From Deltaproteobacteria bacterium HGW-Deltaproteobacteria-2 (GTDB lineage: Bacteria > Desulfobacterota > Syntrophia > Syntrophales > Smithellaceae), in contig PHBC01000008.1 in assembly GCA_002840505.1 (NCBI GenBank), positions 7,193 through 71,192 of the forward strand: a DNA stretch of 64,000 bases. The letters run 5' to 3'. The notes under the pieces were generated by a model. The model did not search any database, was not told the origin of the DNA, and saw only the letters and a list, made by a program, of their open reading frames with translations. A program made the translations under genes and the position numbers. Within the stretch, counting starts at the first letter, position 1. Every line of letters begins with the position of its first letter. Shown here in pieces: positions 10,601 through 19,600 of this stretch.

Positions 10601-13600
10601 TATTATCAATGAGCATATTGGAGAACGCGGCTCTATTTCCACCAAAGAACTTGACGAAACTCTTTATCAGAAATTAAAGCCTTACCTTGCTGAGATTGTA
10701 AACCGTGCGAAAGCGAAAGCCCTTGACGTAAGAGCTTATCTATTCGGTGCGGTTGATTCCATGCCGGAAGGAAAGGCGAAAAAGGTATATGAGGCAGCGG
10801 CGCGAAAATATGCCGATGAACTCGATGATGAACATTATGAGAGGTTAGCCGCAAAAGTTCCTGAATGGGTAAAACCCAATACAGATTTTGTTTTAACAAG
10901 CGGCTTGACCGCATACGTCGAAAGCATAAATGGCGATCAAATAACATGGAGAACTGGCCGCGATAGGCATACGGATTCGATAGAAAAGTTTTTAAGGTTT
11001 GCAGAAACGCCAAAGGCAAAGACCGAAACTATTGACAAAAACACAAAAAAGGATTATAATATAACCAAGGAAGGTGAGAAAAATGAACATCCCGCAAATG
11101 GCAGCACAGGCACGGGAACACTGGAAAGTGACGAATCCGGAAGTCTATCAGCAGATGGTAGAGGACAAGGCACTCGAAGGGGAGAGCGAAGCGGCGGCGA
11201 AACTGACAATGAGGGAAATGCAGACCTTGATGCAGGGGGGCTCGACGGAAGCGGAAGCGTGGCAGGACAGTCGTCACCTGTTCATCTTCAAGACAGCGGA
11301 ACAGATAGCGAAGTCTTACCGTCCGGACCATCGGCAGTAGAAGAGCCGGCCAGTGAGCCGCGCACCATTCAATTATCCGGTGTCAATCCCGGAAATTACC
11401 GAATAACAGAAGAAGATGATATTGGCAGTGGAACCCGCGGCCAGAAGATTGACCGCAATATTGCGGCGATTCGTCTTATCAAGAAACTGGATCAGGAACA
11501 CCGTTATCCCACCAAAGAAGAACAAGCCGTACTCGCCAAATATGTCGGATGGGGCGGGATAAAGAACGTCTTTGACGAGACCAGTAACAAACCTCAGGAC
11601 CAGAGAGCTTATTCCGACCTTAAAGAATTACTGACAAAAGAAGAATTCTTTGAGGCGCGTCAATCCGTTTTAAACGCACATTACACAAGCCCCCAGGTTA
11701 TACGTTCCATATACAAAATAATGCGTCATTTCGGGTTTACGGGCGGTAATATCATTGAACCTACCTATGGATCAGGCAATTTTATCGGCCTCATGCCGGA
11801 AGATATGGCCGCTTCTTCCAAGTGGTACGGCTCAGAACTCGATCCGATCACGGCCAAAATAGGGCAATACCTCTATCCCGAGTCTCAGCTTATTCATTCC
11901 GGATTTCAGACGGCAGAATTCCCTTACGGTAAATTCGATGCGGCCGTCGGCAATCCTCCTTTTGGCGACGTAAGGATATCCGACACGCGGAAAGACAGGG
12001 CGGAAATCAGCCGGATGAAGATACACAATTACGTCATATCCAAAACCGGTATGCACTTAAAGCCGGGCGGAGTAATGGGTATGGTTATCACTACCCGTTT
12101 TCTTGACACGGCAGATCCCGAAGCGAGAGAATTCCTGGCAAAACAATTCAAATTACTCGCGGCAATCCGTTTGCCTAATGACGCCTTTGCCAAAAACGCA
12201 GGAACGGAAGTCACGACCGACCTTGTATTTTTCCAGAGATTAATGCCTGGCGAAGAACCGAATCTATCCGCTAAGTGGCTGACGACCGGCGCGACCATGA
12301 CCAACAAGGGCGGCGAAGAAATCACGCTGAATAAGTATTTTGCAAAGAATCAGGACTTAATGTTAGGCGAGCCCTCCATGAAAGGCACGATGTACGGCGG
12401 CGCCTGGAAAGAAGGCGGCAAGGGTGAGTTTACCCTCAACAAACGAGAGGGCGAAGATATTGAAAGCCTGATTGATAATTTACTTGAAAACTCAATATTG
12501 GCAGAATTTAAAGATGTCGCTAAAAGCAATAATGACAAACTGGATGCCGCCGCTCTTTCTCTTGTACCCAATAAAGAAGATGTTGCCGTCGGCGGCTTCT
12601 TCATGGACAAAGACCGGATTTATATGCGGGAGGATAACGACGAATACGGCAATCCGACCTACGCGCGCCTGAGTCCTAAAACAAAATGGACAGAGAAGCA
12701 ATTACTCGGCGAAACCCGCTATATGCGTATTAAGGGAATGTTGGAAATCAGGGCAAAGGCTTATGAACTTGTCAATGCAGAGCGTTTTGATCTTAGCAAT
12801 ATTGAACAGTTAAGGAAACAACTCAATTTCCTATATGATAATTTTGTAAAACAGCACGGATTTATAAATGAAAGTTCCAACTTCTCTTTAATGTCTGACG
12901 ATGTAAAAATAGAATTCGGCCTGGAAATAGACTTTAAAAAGGAAATAACCAAAGCCAAAGCCAAAACATTAGGGATTAAGCCGTCTCCGGCCAGCGCGGT
13001 AAAATCAACTATCCTTAATGAAAGAATGTTTTACCCTGAGAAAGAAATCCTTTACGCTAAAGATTCCGCAGACGGTTATAATATTTCATTATCTCAAAAG
13101 GGTAAACTGGACATTGATTATATTGCTAAACTGACGGGAACACCGAAAGAAAGTGTTATCGCCGATCTCGCTAAGGATGGTTTGATCTATCAAGATCCTG
13201 ATACAAAAGAATGGATTCAGGAGGATGAATATCTCTCCGGGAATGTTAAGGGGAAATATAAAAAGGTTGAGGGGAAAGAGGGATTTGAGAAAAACGCAAA
13301 GGCCTTAAAAGCAGTCTTCCCCGCCGATGTTCCAACGGAAAGCATATTCGCCAATCCCGGAGCGACATGGATTCCGGAAAAGGTCTATGAGCAATTCGGC
13401 CATTTTATCGGGGTAACAAACCCGAGCGTCTCCATTTACAGAAACAACGGCCACTTTGTCATGCGCTCGTCCGGTGAAAAGCAGAATGATATTAACGTCG
13501 CCTGGCAGAACAAATATTACGCTCTTTCCGATATTTTCAGCGCCGTCGCCAACAATAAGGTACTGATCGCCTGGGACGGTACGGGAGACGAGCGCATCCA

Positions 13601-16600
13601 GAACAAAGAACAGACCGCGGAACTGGCGACCATCGTCAAGAACGTGAGAAGCACATTCTTTGATTGGATATTCGCTGACGACACAAGAGCAAAAGAATTA
13701 AACAAGATTTACAATGATACGCAGAATACTCACGCGAAAAGGAAAAACGACGGTAAGCTCCTTCATACCGTAGGCGCTTCTCCGGCTGTTATTTTACGTA
13801 ATACCCAAAGAGACGCCGCTTGGAGGATCATTCAATCGAAAAGGGTATTGCTTGATCACTGCGTAGGCGCCGGTAAAACCTATACGATTATAACCGGCGT
13901 TCAGGAACGGGTACGCATGGGATTGACACGCAAGGCTATGATCGCCGTGCCGAATCATCTTGTCGGCCAGTGGGCGGCTGATTATGTGCGCCTTTATCCT
14001 GGCGCGAGAATACTCGCGGCAACCAAGAAAGACTTCTCAAAGCCAAACCGCCGCCGGCTCTTCGCGCGAATCGCCACAGGCAAATATGACGCGGTTATCG
14101 TCGGGCATTCTTCTTTCGGCTTTATTCCGCTCGAGCCGGAAGCCATTACCAATTTGATGATGGAAGAAATCGCGCAGTTAGAACAGGCCGAGGCGCAGGC
14201 GAAAGCCGACGGCAACAAGAGGCTGGTTAAGACATTGGCAAATAGAATCGCCAAAAAACGTGAGAAGATAACTGAATTGCTCGGACGGCCCAAGGATAAT
14301 GTCACGACCTTTGAAGGCATGGGGATTGATCACTTAGTCGTTGATGAATCGCACGAGTTCAAGAACCTTGAATACTCGAGCGCCATGCAGAACATTACCG
14401 GCATGGGTAATCCCATGGGCTCCAAGAGAGCCTTTGATATGTACGCAAAAATCCGCTGGCTTACAGCCCAAAAGGACTATGCGCTTAATTTTGCCACTGG
14501 AACGCCGATCAGCAATTCCCTCGTCGAAATGTATGCGCTTCTCCGCTACATGAACAGAGATGCCCTTTACGCCAGAGGCATTGATGCCTTTGACTCATGG
14601 GCGAATACCTATGCCAGCATAGAACCGAGAATTGAATATACAGCCTCGCAGAAATTAAAGCAGCGGACAGTTATGGCGACATTCAATAACCTGCCTGAGC
14701 TCCTGCAATTATATGAGGAATTCGCCGATATCGTGACCATGCCGGATTTGAAACGCATTTACGCCGAGCAGATCAGAGAGAGAAACGCCCGGACCGGCGG
14801 AAACGAAAGCGAAGAATTTCCGATACCGAAAGTCAAAGACGGTGGCCGCGTCCTCGATGTGGCAGAACCTTCTCAGGAACAGATTGAATATGTTGATTAC
14901 CTTGTCGCCAGAGCGGAACGCCTGGAAGAACTCGGCCGGAAGAACGATCCAAAAATCGATAATCACTTATGGATTATGAGCGACGCCCGGAAGATGGCGC
15001 TTGATGTTCGGCTGGTTGATCCCACGGCAAAAGAAAACCCGAACAATAAAATTAACCGGGCAACAAAAAAGATAAAAGACATTTACGACAGAACGGCAAA
15101 GGACAGGGGCGCTCAGTTAGTTTTTTGCGATTTGTCCACTCCTGCAGGTACGGCACAGAAAAACGCCGCTGTATTTATCAGAGAAGCATTAAATAAAGCG
15201 CATTTGGAAAATGATGCACGAACCAAGGCAATATTGGATTCCTTATCTACTTATCAGGAAAAATGGGGATATCTCAGGAACAGACTTGAAGCGGAGATAG
15301 AAGCGATTACCGATCATTCACAGGCCGAAACTGATCAATATATGAAACGCCGTGAAGAAATCGAAGAATATCTTGAAAAGGTTACGGATGATGTCACCGC
15401 AGACTTAACTACCGCCGACACGGGATTTTCAGTTTATGATGAAATGAAATCTAAACTGATCATGATGGGAATTCCAGAGGGCGAAATCAAATTCATCCAT
15501 AGTGCCAATACCGAACAGCAAAAGGAAGATTTGTTTGCAATGGTCAATTCTGGCCAGGTTCGCGTATTGCTCGGATCGTCTCAGAAGATGGGCGCAGGGA
15601 TGAATGTTCAGGAGAGACTTGTCGCCCTTCATCACATGGACGCTCCATGGAGGCCGTCGGATGTTGAGCAGAGAGAAGGCCGTCTCGTCCGCCAGGGAAA
15701 TAAACTTTATTATATCGATCCTACAGGATTTAAAGTTGAGATAATTGCTTATTCCACGGCCAACACATTCGACGCGGTTATGTGGCAGATACTCGCCAGA
15801 AAAGGCGGTATGCTCGATGATTTCAGAAGCGGCCGGCGCAGTGTCGAAGAAGTCAATACCGATTCGGCCAGTTATTCCGAGTTTATGGCGGAGACTACCG
15901 GCAACCCGGCATTTAAAGAAAAATTCCAGTTAGAGAACGATATTCAAACACTGGAGGCGATTAAGAACAGGACGGCCACGCGGTTGCGTTCGTCACAGCA
16001 GAGCCTTGATTATAATAAAGACGCCCGGATAGAGGCGCAGAAGGAAATAGAAAAGCGCGATAAAGTAATCGATGATCTTAGGGGCCAGTCAACATTTACC
16101 TTTGAAGGGAAGAAATATAAAGATAATGCCAAAGCCCTTGTTGAGAAAGAGGCCGACGAGATTGCCGCGTATAATGCACTGGTTAATAAAAAATATAATA
16201 CGGAAATCGATGCGGCAACGGCAGAAGCATTTAAAAAAGAAGGCTTGACTCCCCCTGAAAGGCCTAGCCAATCTGATTATCATTCTGGTAAAATGAGCGT
16301 TAATGAATATAATGCCGCGCAAGTTGAGTATAGTAAATTTTGGGGAGACGAGAAAAATACTAAGATAGTTGCTGATGCCATCAAAGGTATTAAGAAACCA
16401 ACGAATAAACACTTCCATTCTAGCAAGTTGGCCAAGAGCGATAAATCCGGTGTTATAGCGGCAGGTCTGAAAATAGTGGAGGAAATTAACGCACTCGATG
16501 AAGGAGAATCCTTTACATATCAACTAGGAAATACAGAGATTGAGATTAAAAAACTTGAAAGCGGATGGACGGATAAAAAAGCAGAAAACCCCGTGCAGTT

Positions 16601-19600
16601 ATGGGATTATGTGATTACTGCTGACGGAATGTTTTTAAGACGCCTTGACCATGATAAATCTTTTGATGAAAGAGATATATGGAATCTTTTGAATGTTGAA
16701 TATGTAAGTAATAAAATGGCAGAACATCGCGATTTTGCCGCAAACTATATTGCTCGCATGGACCAATCCGACGAGATATCAAGACACACTCTTAAGTCTC
16801 TTCAATTCAAAGATGAAGAAAAATTACAGAAGATGAAAACCCGCTATCGGGAAGTATTAACTGAGGTTCAAAAAGCGGAGGAAGAAATAGGAGCGCGCCG
16901 GGCGTCAACCGGAAATAAATATATTAGTAAGGATCGTCCGAGATTCCCGGATGGTGTTTGGGTATCAAAAAAACATCGCAATGAAACCGTCGAATCGCCG
17001 GAAGTGGATATCGACGAAGACATTGAAACGATAAAGGCCAAACGAGACGCGATCAAGCATGATTTGTTTGATGAAGAGGGCAATGATCCAAATGAAGTAG
17101 CACAACAATTATTCAATAAAGGATATGAGCGATTAACCGATAGTGAAACCGTTCAGGTCCAAGATACAATCGCCTTCAAATATGCAGAATTCGCACGATA
17201 CGAGGCCATTCTTTCACAGGAAGACGAAGCACATATTGAGAATGCCCAGGATAAACTTGATATGGCGCAAGACATTTGGAACGAATGGCACGAAGGCGAG
17301 GCCTATCCGCAGGAAATAAAACTCGCACAAAAAGTTATTAACAGTATCCGGTCCGGGCAGGGGCGCTTATTCAATGGCCAGCAGTATGCTGTTCGAGAAA
17401 CTGGCACGTTCCAACTTCCCACACTTTCCGAAGTTCAGGACGTTTTTAAAGGCCAGGAAGTAACTCAAACTTCTGATGGTAAGATATGGATTAAAACAGC
17501 AGGCGGCAAATATCTTACCATTCTGAATGTTGATCATATTGAACCTGATAAAATTACAATGAATATAGGTTATAGTCGTTCTTCTCTTAAACCTACAGAG
17601 AAAATAGCAGGCGCATACCTGAAAGTAGGAAACGAAGGGCAGATAAGACTTGTCCGAGGACAGGCCGATAAACAAACACTTTACCACGAATCAGTTCATT
17701 TCATGGAAGATTTGGGTATTCTCCGCCCTCTGGACGTTGCCGCTTTAAGAGGCCATATTAAGAGACTCGTAAGAGAAGGGAAGTTTCAGACTCAGAACAA
17801 AGACGATATAGGCGGCTCGGAAGATAGAGCTAACTTTATTGCGGACGCTTTAACTTCTCCACCAGTGGGACCAATCCGACGCATAATAAACAGAATTCAG
17901 GACTTCATTGATAAACTGGTGAATCTCTTTAGTAGAACCACAAGAGGGGTTATCCGGGATATTAAGAGCGGAGAAATCTATAACGAGAAGCCGACAATCA
18001 GTGGAGCTTTAAGGGATATATACGACGAGCCGGGAGTAGAGACGGGGCGGTATAACGTCAATCCACCAATAGCAGATACCTTCTTTTCTCAACTATCAAA
18101 GGTCGTAGAGGTAAAACTGCCGAACGCCGGAACTCCTGAGCAATTCCGCAACATGATCACCGCTTGGGCGAATAAAGGTGAATTCAAAACCGATGAACTG
18201 AAATGGTCAGGGCTCAATGAATGGTTAGACGGGCAGACCGGAAAAATCAGTAAGAAGGACGTTGTTGATTATCTGGCACAGAATCAGGTACAGATTCAAG
18301 AGATAACGAAAAATGGTCAAGATATTCTTGCCGAAAAGATAAGAATAGAAGCAGCGTTCCAATCGGTAGGATGGGAAATCGGCAGGGAAATGGGCGGCGA
18401 TATTGAGGTAACAGACCGAAACGGAGAACTCGTTGAACCTGAAACCGTTAGAGAAGAAGCTCCTGAATTGTACGATATGGGGATCAGATATTCCGAAATT
18501 AATGATGGGGAAGCAATAGAAGATGTAAAATTTTCTTCATACCAACTCCCCGGCGGAGAGAATTACAGAGAGTTGTTGCTGACGCTGCCGGGCAAAGTTG
18601 AAATACCAGAAGGATGGGAAGCGGAAAAGAACGAAGATGGTACATGGGATGTTTTTGACGAAGAAGGTAATCCCATGCAGGTTGACCAAGAAGCAAAAAC
18701 TGAACGTGATGCTATCCTTGCCGTTGCCGGGAACAGAGACAAATTAGGCGACGCTTACAAATCCCCCCATTGGGAAGAACCCAACGTTCTCGCTCACATC
18801 CGAATGAATGACCGTGTTGATGCCGAGGGAAATAAGGTACTGTTTCTGGAAGAAGTGCAGAGCGATTGGCACCAAGAAGGTAGGAAGAAAGGATATGGAA
18901 TTGATACATCAAAATGGAAAGCAACTATCAATCCATCTTTCCAAGGAGAATGGGCAGTTGTAAATGAACATCTCGATAGGATAGGATACGCACCATTGTC
19001 TGCCGCTAAAACGTCACAAGAAGCAATACAATATGTAGCAAAAAATCAAGTGACTGGTATTCCCACCGCCCCCTTCTCAAAGACCTGGCCGGAACTGGTA
19101 ATGAAACGTATGCTCAGGTACGCTGCGGAAAACGGTTACGATAAACTAGCCTGGACAACGGGAGAACAGCAGGCTGAGAGATATGATTTAAGTAGAGAAG
19201 TTTTTTTAATTAATTACAGTAAGGAAAAAAATGCGCCCGATGATATTAGACACGTAGAAGTAGTTACTAAAAATCATGGCGAACCGTCATTCGATGTAGA
19301 TATTACTACCGGCAACATTAAAAGCGAAGGAATGTTTCAAGGCAAGCAACTCGACGAAGTTGTAGGCAAAGAGATTGCACAAAAAATAATGGAAAGTGAT
19401 GGTAAATTTACAAAGCTTTCCGGCCTCGACCTCAAAGTCGGCGGCGAAGGGATGAAAGGCTTCTATGATTCCATCATTCCCTCATTCCTGAATAAGTACG
19501 CGAAGAAATGGGGCGCGAAGGTTGGGGAAATTAAAATAGAAACAGTCCCTAGAAATGATCAAGAAGCGGCATGGATCATTGATGCTGAAAACGTAGCGGC

